64,000 nucleotides of DNA, taken from positions 4,464,001-4,528,000 of the forward strand of contig CATNEN010000025.1 of assembly GCA_950097015.1 (NCBI GenBank), written 5' to 3'. The translations under genes were made by a program, and so were the position numbers. Below, in pieces: positions 24,401-37,384 of this stretch (positions are counted from its first letter, which is position 1; every line of letters starts with the position of its first letter). The notes under the pieces were generated by a model. The model saw only the letters and a program-made list of their open reading frames with translations. It was not told the DNA's origin and did no database searches. Source of the stretch: Macrostomum hystrix. Its lineage: Eukaryota; Animalia; Platyhelminthes.

Positions 24401-26320
24401 GAAATTTAAAAGTACATAAAAGTATTAAAAGTACATTTAAAGTACACGTGAACTTAAAAAGTACATATACAATTTAAAGTACACGTGAACATAAAAATTA
24501 CACTAAACGTAAAAAGTACACGTGAACTTAAGAAGTACATGTGAACTTAAAAGTACTCCTGAACTTAAAAAGTACTCGTATAAATTTGTGCCATCCCGTC
24601 TCCAATTGCACTCAGGTAATTCCACAACAGGTAGGCCTCTACGGTGACAACGATAGTCCGCCGTTGGTTTTCTGCGGCTCCCCGGTCGGCTCGCCCAGGC
24701 GAAGCCACGACGCCGCTGCGGCTGCGGCAGCTTCCAGCCAGCTGCAGCAAACTCGGTTAGACAAACTCGGCCGTCTGGTCACTGACGCCATTCGTGGCGT
24801 CAACGATCTGATCCTAGCTGCCACAGCTTCCCCATTGGCCGCAGCGGCAGCTGCCGACGCTTCGGATCAGCAGCGCCAGCAGCAGCGGCTGGCTAGCGTG
24901 CTAGCTCAGAGCCTCTGCCCGCCTTTGCATGGCCTGCTGACTGACGAACTGGTGATCTCTGGCGGCGGCGGCAGCGTCAGCGGCGGCAGTCGGCTGTCGT
25001 TTGTTCGCAATAGGTCGCAGCTCTGGCAGCTGATTGAGGAGACCTGCAAGCCGGGCAGCCAGCCGGCTAGCCGACGCTTAAACGAGTGCCTGCGACTTGT
25101 GCGCTCCGTCAACGGCCTGTCTACTGAGAGACTCAAGTTTAACGCGTTTGTGGCGGCTTGTCTGAAGTGAGTGGCTGGACTTTAGTGCTGTGATTCCTAA
25201 TCCCCTTCATACATTTAATTAAATTATATTACTTGGTTAGATTCGTACACTAGGGGTTGTAGCCTAGTGGTTAGGGCGTCGGACTAACAACTTGAAGGTC
25301 GGGGGTTCGATTCCCAACTCCAATGGAATAATTTGTGTCCTTTAGCAAGGCACTTAATTCTGCATTGCTTCAGTTCACCCAGCTGTTAAATGGCTACCAG
25401 CATTATTAGCTGGGTTAATTGAGGGTGGGTGTGGCGTCCACCCAGTCCATGGACTGAACAGCCGTACGCAGCCTTCAGATGCGCCGCGCAATAGCTGCGG
25501 CTGTGCTGTCGGCTGATAGGGGCAAGTGTAATCGATTGATTTTGTTTAAATTGTTTCAATTTTGTCCTGATGATCCTCAATATTGGGATCTCGGCGTGGT
25601 TGATTTTTATCCCAGCTGCTTTGGTTACCAATGCGATACTATTAATCTCTGATCCAAAAAATTCGTTCGATACCGATAAAAGAAGTTCCTATTTGGGATC
25701 TAATTCAAACCATCTATGATCCGATTCCAACTGCCCGCAGCTCCAAGCAGTTGAGCGCCTGGTTCCACCACGCCACAGCCAGTGAGTCAATTCTCAAGCG
25801 CTACTACAAGCCCAGCGCGTTTTTGCGCAGCGCCCAGACTGTGCACTGCGAACTGTTCGCCGACCTGTCAACCTCCCTGGAGCTGCTCAACTCGCACTCG
25901 TTCTCTATCGACCTGACCGCCGCCGGTTCGGCTTCGTCTTCAACTTCGTCAACATCGGTGTCTCGCAAGTCGATTGGCCAGCAGCCGTTGAAGGCTAGGC
26001 ACGACATCAAGGCCACGCCGCCTCCGCCGCCGCCGCAGCATCAGCGAGCTTCGGCTCCGGCCCCGCCGCCGCGCGTTCAAAGCCGCCTGCCGCGACCTAC
26101 CGGGCCGGATTATTCCTCTGCCTCCTCCGTGGCCAGCTCGGCGACATCGGCCACCTCGCCAGCTCCGTCTGTGGCCCCGGCTTTCGGTGGAAAATCTTCC
26201 ACTAAATCAGGCGGCGGCGTTGGCGGCATTCGCTCCACCTTGTCCGGCCTGATGCGTCGGCCAGGCTCATCTTCTTCTTCTAGTAGCAAGCAGCAGCAGA
26301 GCTCTACTGGCAAGCGCTAG
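21412..26320 (+). CDS. RUN-domain protein, RUSC1/RUSC2-like, with a long low-complexity N-terminus
   Basis: Phase-compatible exons about 21412-22185, 22358-23128, 23359-23586, 23675-24217, 24616-25166, 25741-26320. RUN domain LCPPLHGLLTD...WQLIEETCKPG...RLKFNAFVAACLN|SKQLSAWF...YYKPSAFL...LELLNSHSFSIDL resembles RUSC proteins. 5' end unresolved (possible ATG exon at 20529-20598). Confidence 0.8.
24350..24575. repeat. Degenerate ~20-bp AT-rich repeat (AAAGTACACGTGAACTTAA) in a RUN-gene intron
   Basis: Recurring GTACACGTGAAC / AAAGTAC motifs. Confidence 0.7.
25251..25535 (+). mobile_element. SINE family A copy in the intron splitting the RUN domain
   Basis: TAGGGGTTGTAGCCTAGTGGTTAGGGCG...GGTTCGATTCCC, then CORE-like domain and body matching 8690-8960. 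Confidence 0.85.
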
Positions 26321-26974
26321 GTTGTCAATGGCGTCAACTTTCCTTAGGGTTTGTTTTTTTAAAAGACACTATCGGACTATCTTTCCCATTTCCTGTGTTG
26401 TTTTCTGCTTCTAAAATAGTTGTTTTTGTCTTGTTGCTTTTAACATTAAAAAATGACCACTCTATTTCCTAGGGAGAGACCACGGGGCTATTTCAAATAC
26501 CCGCTGCCTACTTCACCATAGCTCCCAAATCGAATGAAAAATTACGCCCCGTGGTATTTTCTACTGTTTACAGTCAATTTATTTTATTAACGCAAAGCGC
26601 AAAGGTACTTAAGCGTTGCGTCTCCGTTGTTTTGATTTTGTGGTTGGAATATCTTACAAGAAATCTTTGGAGAAAAACTTATTAAGAGTATATTCCTACG
26701 TGACTACTAGTGACAAGCGTCAGTAGCATCTAAGTGTTTATTTTATGTTGTTTATTTCACAAGCATAGTAAATTCCCTAATGTTTCAATATCCTCTGCTG
26801 ATAAGCATGTTTTCAGAAATTTCTATCATTTCGTAGTTCACAATCTTTCATCGTTACAGCTTCGTGTTATAATTATTGTTGTCTTTTTGTCAGTTTTTTA
26901 CACCAACTCTCATCGTATCGGAATCTCATTTTGCGACATTTTTCAACTCTTGTGAGTTCCTTCAGTGTTTTTCA

Positions 26975-28525
26975 GTAGGTCATTTTTCTCAGTGAGAAGG
27001 TCATTTCCCTCAGTGAGTAGGTCATTTCCCTCAGTGAGTATGTCATTTCCTTCAGTGAGAAGGTCATTTCCCTCAGTGAGAAGGTCATTTCCCTCAGTGA
27101 GAAGGTCATTTCCCTCAGTGAGTAGGTCATTTCCCTCAGTGAGTATGTCATTTCCTTCAGTGAGAAGGTCATTTCCCTCAGTGAGAAGGTCATTTCCCTC
27201 AGTGAGAAGGTCATTTCCCTCAGTGAGCAGGTCATTTCCCTCAGTGAGAAGGTCATTTCCCTCAGTGAGAAGGTCATTTCCCTCAGTGAGCAGGTCATTT
27301 CCTTCAGTGAGAAGGTCATTTCCCTCAGTGAGCAGGTCATTTCCCTCAGTGAGCAGGTCATTTCCTTCAGTGAGAAGGTCATTTCCCTCAGTGAGCAGGT
27401 CATTTCCCTCAGTGAGAAGGTCATTTCCCTCAGTGAGAAGGTCATTTCCCTCAGTGAGAAGGTCATTTCCCTCAGTGAGAAGGTCATTTCCCTCAGTGAG
27501 CAGGTCATTTCCCTCAGTGAGAAGGTCATTTCCCTCAGTGAGAAGGTCATTTCCCTCAGTGAGAAGGTCATTTCCCTCAGTGAGCAGGTCATTTCCCTCA
27601 GTGAGAAGGTCATTTCCCTCAGTGAGCAGGTCATTTCCCTCAGTGAGCAGGTCATTTCCCTCAGTGAGAAGGTCATTTCCCTCAGTGAGAAGGTCATTTC
27701 CCTCAGTGAGAAGGTCATTTCCCTCAGTGAGAAGGTCATTTCCCTCAGTGAGCAGGTCATTTCCCTCAGTGAGAAGGTCATTTCCCTCAGTGAGAAGGTC
27801 ATTTCCCTCAGTGAGAAGGTCATTTCCCTCAGTGAGTAGGTCATTTCCCTCAGTGAGTATGTCATTTCCTTCAGTGAGAAGGTCATTTCCCTCAGTGAGT
27901 AGGTCATTTCCCTCAGTGAGAAGGTCATTTCCCTCAGTGAGTATGTCATTTCCTTCAGTGAGAAGGTCATTTCCCTCAGTGAGTAGGTCATTTCCCTCAG
28001 TGAGAAGGTCATTTCCCTCAGTGAGTATGTCATTTCCTTCAGTGAGAAGGTCATTTCCCTCAGTGAGAAGGTCATTTCCCTCAGTGAGTAGGTCATTTCC
28101 CTCAGTGAGAAGGTCATTTCCCTCAGTGAGAAGGTCATTTCCCTCAGTGAGTATGTCATTTCCTTCAGTGAGAAGGTCATTTCCCTCAGTGAGTAGGTCA
28201 TTTCCCTCAGTGAGAAGGTCATTTCCCTCAGTGAGAAGGTCATTTCCTCCAGTGAGAAGGTCATTTCCCTCAGTGAGAAGGTCATTTCCCTCAGTGAGAA
28301 GGTCATTTCCCTCAGTGAGAAGGTCATTTCCCTCAGTGAGCAGGTCATTTCCCTCAGTGAGAAGGTCATTTCCCTCAGTGAGCAGGTCATTTCCTTCAGT
28401 GAGAAGGTCATTTCCCTCAGTGAGCAGGTCATTTCCCTCAGTGAGCAGGTCATTTCCCTCAGTGAGCAGGTCATTTCCCTCAGTGAGCAGGTCATTTCCC
28501 TCAGTGAGAAGGTCATTTCCCTCCG
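26975..28525. repeat. 21-bp minisatellite (GTCATTTCCCTCAGTGAGAAG)
   Basis: Direct periodicity; a unit divisible by 3 produces the long SVRRSFP and MTFSLRE pseudo-ORFs. Confidence 0.98.
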
Positions 28526-29439
28526 TTCCTTCAGGGCATTGCTTGTCTCTACAATTTTAAGCTTGCCCTGTTCTTGCTATAATGACTAACTGTTTGTTTT
28601 TTCTCTTAACATTTAGTTTTTTTTCTGATTACTCCAGAAGCTTAGCAACTGCCTTTAAAATCAAAGTTCTTTTTAATGCTATTTTACTAGTACATTAAAT
28701 TTAGTTTTTCTGAAATACAAAAGTCATTAATCATAATAGAATTTTGTTTATTAAATTTCAATAGCAAATTTTATTATTGAGGAAATAAATGTTGCTATAA
28801 TTGTTTCAGCTTGTAATCGCACAGATTGACATGTTTACTACCCAGTCTAGTCAATTTCTGCCCTAGTATATGCTTATTTATATTTATTATCGCACTAATT
28901 TTATTTTTATCGTCTGCGAACTGTTTTGTAAAACAAAAAGTTATTAATATAGTTGCTACCTTATCACTGCTATTGATAATGTCAATGTTTCCAAATCAAT
29001 TTTCCTAGTGAGCGACTGAAATGAACGAAGTATTCTATAAACTATAAATGCATAAATATTCATTGCGAAAGTTTATCTATTCTCTTATGCTGATGATTTT
29101 GTGTCCTATAAATTTTCTTTTACTCGTTCGAATTTTATCAACTCTTGCTGTCCTATTGTTGTTAAATTTGTTTTATCTGATTATATAGGAGCGCTATACA
29201 GGAGAATTATTCATTATTTATATTAAAAGTACATGCCTCTGCACCGAAATTATTGACCAAGGCACCGCTACTCGAGACTTGTTTCTGCTAGACGATGAAA
29301 CTTTATAATTATAGTTTCATCTATTTCTGTTATTTTCAACGTCACTTGGTTGTACTAGTACAGGTATTACAGGTACATGACTCCTAGCTCATAATGGGTG
29401 TTGGTCATTAGGTTAGCTCATTCAATTCAGTTTATGAGG

Positions 29440-30090
29440 GGTCAAAGTCATAAGGTTTAGATGATGAGAGTTGTGGGTCATTAGATTTAGGTCATTAGGT
29501 TTAACTCATGATGGGTTTAGATCATGAGAGTGTGGGTCATTAGATTTAGGTCATTAGGTTTAAGTCATGATGGGTTTAGATCATGAGAGTGTGGGTCATT
29601 AGATTTAGGTCATTAGGTTTAACTCATGATGGGTTTAGATCATGAGAGTGTGGGTCATTAGATTTAGGTCATTAGGTTTAGGTCATGATGGGTTTAGATC
29701 ATGAGAGTGTGGGTCATTAGATTTAGGTCATTAGGTTTAGGTCATGATGGGTTTAGATCATGAGAGTTGTGGGTCATTAGATTTAGGTCATTGAGGTTTA
29801 ACTCATGATGGGTTTAGATCATGAGAGTGTGGGTCATTAGATTTAGGTCATTAGGTTTAAGTCATGATGGGTTTAGATCATGAGAGTGTGGGTCATTAGA
29901 TTTAGGTCATTGAGGTTTAGGTCATGAAGGGTGTAGGTCATTAAGGTGTAGGTAATTTAGTTTAGGTCAATAATGGTGTAGGTCATTTTGGCGTGTTGGT
30001 CATTAGGTTTAGGTCATTCAGGGTGTGGGTCATTAGATTTAGGTCATGAATGTAGCTGGCCATGCGAGTGTAGGTCATAATGGGTAGGTC
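29440..30090. repeat. ~59-bp composite repeat built from GGTCAT / TTTAGG sub-units
   Basis: ATCATGAGAG recurs every 59 bp (29521, 29580...) and decays toward both ends. Confidence 0.9.
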
Positions 30091-30714
30091 ATTTCTTCAG
30101 AGTGTGTTGCTGCAGCGACTAAAGCAAATCTGCTTTAATATAACTGGTTTCTCTATGAACAATTAATACTACTATAAGATTAAGTAGTACGGTCAAGTAG
30201 GATTATTCGTTTCTTATCAGAAACCCGATTTGCATAGATAGACAGTGTCAAAAGTATAAATTTGCTTTGCATGCGGGCGGGCGGGCGTATATAATTATTT
30301 ACTTTTATTCTTTGTCAGACAGATAGATAAGGCCCGGACAGCAAAGCCATGGTCTGTTTGTCTAATCTAGTTCAAATTTATACAGCACAAAAGCTTGCCT
30401 TTATTGTTCCTTCCTTGGGAAAGTGTGTAATTAGCACTGCCCGCCAATCTCATTACTCTGCTGCAAACTGTGGCCCCTTAAACATTGCAGACTGACACGG
30501 CTAACAATTAATATTTATTACAGTTGCTTCGTGTTTAGCTGACCCTCAACTAGTGCCAGTCAATAAATAGGCTTTGATTTTCTGAGCGACTGTGCAAAAC
30601 GTTTACGTTTTATGAGTGGTAGAGTTTTTGGACTCATTTTCAAGACTTCATTTGGGTTCGCCAATGCCATAAAACGAAATTTTTATTCCTGGTTTTCAAT
30701 TCAAAGAATCTCGA

Positions 30715-33700
30715 CGCTGTCGATTCCTGATCCCAAATCCCTACTGCGATCTCGATGCTGTCGATTCCTGATCCCAAATCCCTACTGGGATCTCGATGCT
30801 GTCGATTCCTGATCCCAAATCCCTACTGCGAACTCGATGCTGTCGATTCCTGATCCCAAATCCCTACTGCGAACTCGATGCTGTCGATTCCTGATCCCAA
30901 ATCCCTACTGGGATCTCGATGCTGTCGATTCCTGATCCCAAATCCCTACTGGGATCTCGATGCTGTCGATTCCTGATCCCAAATCCATACTGGGATCTCG
31001 ATGCTGTCAACTCCTGATCCCAAATCCCTACTGGGATCTCGATGCTGTCGATTCCTGATCCCAAATCCCTACTGGGATCTCGATGCTGTCAACTCCTGAT
31101 CCCAAATCCATACTGGGATCTCGATGCTGTCGACTCCTGATCCCAAATCCCTACTGGGATCTCGATGCTGTCGATTCCTGATCCCAAATCCCTACTGGGA
31201 TCTCGATGCTGTCGATTCCTGATCCCAAATCCCTACTGCGATCTCGATGCTGTCGATTCCTGATCCCAAATCCCTACTGGGATCTCGATGCTGTCGATTC
31301 GTGATCCCAAATCCCTACTGGGATCTCGATGCTGTCGATTCCTGATCCCAAATCCCTACTGGGATCTCGATGCTGTCGATTCCTGATCCCAAATCCCTAC
31401 TGCGAACTCGATGCTGTCGATTCCTGATCCCAAATCCCTACTGCGAACTCGATGCTGTCGATTCCTGATCCCAAATCCCTACTGGGATCTCGATGCTGTC
31501 GATTCCTGATCCCAAATCCCTACTGGGATCTCGATGCTGTCGATTCCTGATCCCAAATCCATACTGGGATCTCGATGCTGTCAACTCCTGATCCCAAATC
31601 CCTACTGGGATCTCGATGCTGTCGATTCCTGATCCCAAATCCCTACTGGGATCTCGATGCTGTCAACTCCTGATCCCAATCCATACTGGGATCTCGATGC
31701 TGTCGACTCCTGATCCCAAATCCCTACTGGGATCTCGATGCTGTCGATTCCTGATCCCAAATCCCTACTGGGATCTCGATGCTGTCGATTCCTGATCCCA
31801 AATCCCTACTGCGATCTCGATGCTGTCGATTCCTGATCCCAAATCCCTACTGGGATCTCGATGCTGTCGATTCGTGATCCCAAATCCCTACTGGGATCTC
31901 GATGCTGTCGATTCCTGATCCCAAATCCCTACTGGGATCTCGATGCTGTCGATTCCTGATCCCAAATCCCTACTGCGAACTCGATGCTGTCGATTCCTGA
32001 TCCCAAATCCATACTGGGATCTCGATGCTGTCAACTCCTGATCCCAAATCCCTACTGGGATCTCGATGCTGTCGATTCCTGATCCCAAATCCCTACTGGG
32101 ATCTCGATGCTGTCAACTCCTGATCCCAAATCCATACTGGGATCTCGATGCTGTCGACTCCTGATCCCAAATCCCTACTGGGATCTCGATGCTGTCGATT
32201 CCTGATCCCAAATCCCTACTGGGATCTCGATGCTGTCGATTCCTGATCCCAAATCCCTACTGCGATCTCGATGCTGTCGATTCCTGATCCCAAATCCCTA
32301 CTGGGATCTCGATGCTGTCGATTCGTGATCCCAAATCCCTACTGGGATCTCGATGCTGTCGATTCCTGATCCCAAATCCCTACTGGGATCTCGATGCTGT
32401 CGATTCCTGATCCCAAATCCCTACTGGGATCTCGATGCTGTCAACTCCTGATCCCAAATCCCTACTGGGATCTCGATGCTGTCGATTCCTGATCCCAAAT
32501 CCCTACTGCGAACTCGATGCTGTCGATTCCTGATCCCAAATCCCTACTGCGAACTCGATGCTGTCGATTCCTGATCCCAAATCCCTACTGGGATCTCGAT
32601 GCTGTCGATTCCTGATCCCAAATCCCTACTGCGAACTCGATGCTGTCGATTCCTGATCCCAAATCCATACTGGGATCTCGATGCTGTCAACTCCTGATCC
32701 CAAATCCCTACTGGGATCTCGATGCTGTCGATTCCTGATCCCAAATCCCTACTGGGATCTCGATGCTGTCAACTCCTGATCCCAAATCCATACTGGGATC
32801 TCGATGCTGTCGACTCCTGATCCCAAATCCCTACTGGGATCTCGATGCTGTCGATTCCTGATCCCAAATCCCTACTGGGATCTCGATGCTGTCGATTCCT
32901 GATCCCAAATCCCTACTGCGATCTCGATGCTGTCGATTCCTGATCCCAAATCCCTACTGGGATCTCGATGCTGTCGATTCGTGATCCCAAATCCCTACTG
33001 GGATCTCGATGCTGTCGATTCCTGATCCCAAATCCCTACTGGGATCTCGATGCTGTCGATTCCTGATCCCAAATCCCTACTGCGAACTCGATGCTGTCGA
33101 TTCCTGATCCCAAATCCCTACTGCGAACTCGATGCTGTCGATTCCTGATCCCAAAATCCCTACTGGGATCTCGATGCTGTCGATTCCTGATCCCAAATCC
33201 CTACTGGGATCTCGATGCTGTCGATTCCTGATCCCAAATCCATACTGGGATCTCGATGCTGTCAACTCCTGATCCCAAATCCCTACTGGGATCTCGATGC
33301 TGTCGATTCCTGATCCCAAATCCCTACTGGGATCTCGATGCTGTCAACTCCTGATCCCAAATCCATACTGGGATCTCGATGCTGTCGACTCCTGATCCCA
33401 AATCCCTACTGGGATCTCGATGCTGTCGATTCCTGATCCCAAATCCCTACTGGGATCTCGATGCTGTCGATTCCTGATCCCAAATCCCTACTGCGATCTC
33501 GATGCTGTCGATTCCTGATCCCAAATCCCTACTGGGATCTCGATGCTGTCGATTCGTGATCCCAAATCCCTACTGGGATCTCGATGCTGTCGATTCCTGA
33601 TCCCAAATCCCTACTGGGATCTCGATGCTGTCGATTCCTGATCCCAAATCCCTACTGCGAACTCGATGCTGTCGATTCCTGATCCCAAATCCATACTGGG

Positions 33701-34915
33701 ATCTCGATGCTGTCAACTCCTGATCCCAAATCCCTACTGGGATCTCGATGCTGTCGATTCCTGATCCCAAATCCCTACTGGGATCTCGATGCTGTCAACT
33801 CCTGATCCCAAATCCATACTGGGATCTCGATGCTGTCGACTCCTGATCCCAAATCCCTACTGGGATCTCGATGCTGTCGATTCCTGATCCCAAATCCCTA
33901 CTGGGATCTCGATGCTGTCGATTCCTGATCCCAAATCCCTACTGCGATCTCGATGCTGTCGATTCCTGATCCCAAATCCCTACTGGGATCTCGATGCTGT
34001 CGATTCGTGATCCCAAATCCCTACTGGGATCTCGATGCTGTCGATTCCTGATCCCAAATCCCTACTGGGATCTCGATGCTGTCGATTCCTGATCCCAAAT
34101 CCCTACTGCGAACTCGATGCTGTCGATTCCTGATCCCAAATCCCTACTGCGAACTCGATGCTGTCGATTCCTGATCCCAAATCCCTACTGGGATCTCGAT
34201 GCTGTCGATTCCTGATCCCAAATCCCTACTGGGATCTCGATGCTGTCGATTCCTGATCCCAAATCCATACTGGGATCTCGATGCTGTCAACTCCTGATCC
34301 CAAATCCCTACTGGGATCTCGATGCTGTCGATTCCTGATCCCAAATCCCTACTGGGATCTCGATGCTGTCAACTCCTGATCCCAAATCCATACTGGGATC
34401 TCGATGCTGTCGACTCCTGATCCCAAATCCCTACTGGGATCTCGATGCTGTCGATTCCTGATCCCAAATCCCTACTGGGATCTCGATGCTGTCGATTCCT
34501 GATCCCAAATCCCTACTGCGATCTCGATGCTGTCGATTCCTGATCCCAAATCCCTACTGGGATCTCGATGCTGTCGATTCGTGATCCCAAATCCCTACTG
34601 GGATCTCGATGCTGTCGATTCCTGATCCCAAATCCCTACTGGGATCTCGATGCTGTCGATTCCTGATCCCAAATCCCTACTGCGAACTCGATGCTGTCGA
34701 TTCCTGATCCCAAATCCATACTGGGATCTCGATGCTGTCAACTCCTGATCCCAAATCCCTACTGGGATCTCGATGCTGTCAACTCCTGATCCCAAATCCC
34801 TACTGGGATCTCGATGCTGTCAACTCCTGATCCCAAATCCCTACTGGGATCTCGATGCTGTCGACTCCTGATCCCAAATCCCTACTGGGATCTCGATGCT
34901 ATCGATTCCTGATCC
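30715..34915. repeat. 41-bp satellite (GATCTCGATGCTGTCGATTCCTGATCCCAAATCCCTACTGG), about 100 units, with higher-order structure
   Basis: Direct periodicity; diagnostic variants recur at 11/14/16-unit spacings. Confidence 0.98.
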
Positions 34916-35419
34916 CCGATTCCTAGAATCCCAAATTCGTGATAGTAGTTTCTAATTAACGGTTGCCATAGAAGCCTTTCAATCTCTATTGTCGCATTGT
35001 CAGTGCAGCTATTCCAGTAATTAGAGTTCAAGGGAACAGATACCTTACAAAGCAAGTTTTACATTTTTATAGCTTGATATTTTCCCATTCTAATCCCCTT
35101 ATAGAGTCTTTATTCTGAAGAAATTCTCCACTTGAAGCGGTTTTCTTGGCTTCAATATATATATACATTATACATTTACGTACAAACGTATACCTGGTCG
35201 CACAGCAGTCTCAACAATGCCAAAAAAGACTCGACAGACAAGAGCCATCAAAGTGGGCAGAGGAAAATTCGATAAGCAGCTTGCCCCCTTCCCATTCCCC
35301 ACTTCCCGGCAGCAACTTCTTCCGCTCAGCTGGAGATCTTCAACTACTTGAGCTTGATATGTGAGCACTGTGTCTCAGACTAAGCACTTGTTTAAAATGC
35401 TTTTAAATATCTATATCAC

Positions 35420-35434
35420 TGACTTGCTTACTTG

Positions 35435-35465
<31 letters not shown>

Positions 35466-36066
35466 GCTTACTTGCTTCCTTACTTGCTTACTTATTGCTT
35501 ACTTACTTGCTTGCTTACTTACTTACTTGCTTACTTACTTACTTGCTTACTTGCTTACTTGCTTACTTACTTGCTTACTTACTTGCTTACTTACTTACTT
35601 GCTTACTTGCTTACTTGCTTACTTACTTGCTTGCTTAATTACTTGCTTACTTACTTGCTTACTTGCTTACTTACTTGCTTACTTACTTGCTTACTTGCTT
35701 ACTTGCTTACTTACTTGCTTACTTACTTGCTTACTTACTTACTTGCTTACTTGCTTACTTGCTTACTTACTTGCTTGCTTAATTACTTGCTTACTTACTT
35801 ACTTGCTTACTTGCTTACTTGCTTACTTACTTGCTTACTTACTTACTTGCTTCCTTACTTGCTTACTTACTTACTTACTTGCTTACTTACTTGCTTACTT
35901 GCTTACTTACTTGCTTACTTACTTACTTACTTGCTTACTTACTTGCTTACTTACTTACTTGCTTACTTGCTTACTTGCTTACTTACTTGCTTACTTACTT
36001 GCTTACTTACTTGCTTACTTACTTGCTTACTTACTTGCTTACTTACTTGCTTACTTACTTGCTTAC
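35420..36066. repeat. (ACTT/GCTT)n tetranucleotide microsatellite
   Basis: Direct. Confidence 0.97.
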
Positions 36067-37384
36067 ATATCCAACTTTTGTTTACTTCCAAGAGCAGCCA
36101 GTTTTTCAGTCCTAGAATGTCACCTTTACGGGGCAAAGTTGTCCAATTTTGAGCCGTAAAATTTCCATAATTTATTCTTGGACTATGCAGCCTCAGTTCT
36201 GCAAGCAACAGTTGAGATGAGGATCCGGGATGGAAGGGAGGCAGGAAGAAGCTCGAAGCGGCTAAATAAAATTATCCGCCCGAATTGACTGTCCCGCACA
36301 ATGAGAGAAAGAAGAGGCCGGGAAGGGGAGCAGGCGGGGGGCCAGGCAGAAGGAGGCGCTGACAGAGAGAGGAGAAGTTAGTTCAGAGGCAGCGGTCGGC
36401 TAATTGCTTTCTGCAAAGTCCCTCACGGCCCATCGCACACGAGGGCCGAGTCAGAGATGGAAAGACAGATAGAGAGAGAGAGAGCGAGGCCGAATCTCAT
36501 CTCTCTATTTCCGTGTTTCCGTGTTCGTGCGTTGTATGTGTTGTCAGCGATACCCTGACAATGCCGATGTCAGCTACTAAAGGTAGCAGTCAGGGAATGC
36601 ACATATATATTATGCGTTATATTTGCTATACTCGGTTCACCTACAAGCAGGGCATACCGCTAGGAATGGAACAGGGGGGGCGGTGGCAGGCAAGTTCTTC
36701 AGAAAGAAACTTTTTTTGCCTAACCATTTCTGCCTTTTGGGAGCGGACAGGAAGAGAAAATGGGAATAAAGAGGCCTTCCCATTTCCTCTATTCCCTTCC
36801 TCCACCATCTCCTCTCTCTGCAGTTCCTTAGCTAGCCTGACTGGCTGGTCTGGGAGATGATTTGAACAGCGGGGTCGCCAAGGGGACTACGCTAATCCAT
36901 TCACATTTGCACAGTCGCGCTACACTAACTAAAAGCCTGGATAGAATTTAAGGCTGGATAGAGGGAGCTGGGGTGTGCGGGGTACCGGTGGGGGCCGCAT
37001 TCCAGTTGAGGCACCAATGCCGACTGTACTTATTTCTGGTTTCTAGCCGGCTGACCGACCAACCAAACTAAACGCGGACCCACCCCCAGGCTTTGGTGAG
37101 TGGGGGTGGTGGCGCTGGTTCCCTCTTTGGTCCGACTGCTTCCACGCTCGGCTCCGCCCTCTCCCCCCCCCCCTACCCCCCGCTCCCTGTCCCGCCACCC
37201 CAGAAGAAGTGTTTCGCTAAAAGCCGGGCAAGGGGGCCTCTGAGTGTGCGCATATTTGAACTGTAACTGATTTCACACCGCGGTCCAAGCTGCGCAAGAA
37301 AGCCAGAACTAGCAGAGAGCTAGCAGACTAGAAAGCTAATTCAATTCCACTAGCCGCCATAACCAAAGCCAAGGTTACTGCACG

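Noticed and set aside
30715-34915. CRISPR-like array (hairpin-containing repeat)
   Set aside because: No unique spacers, no cas genes, eukaryotic context.
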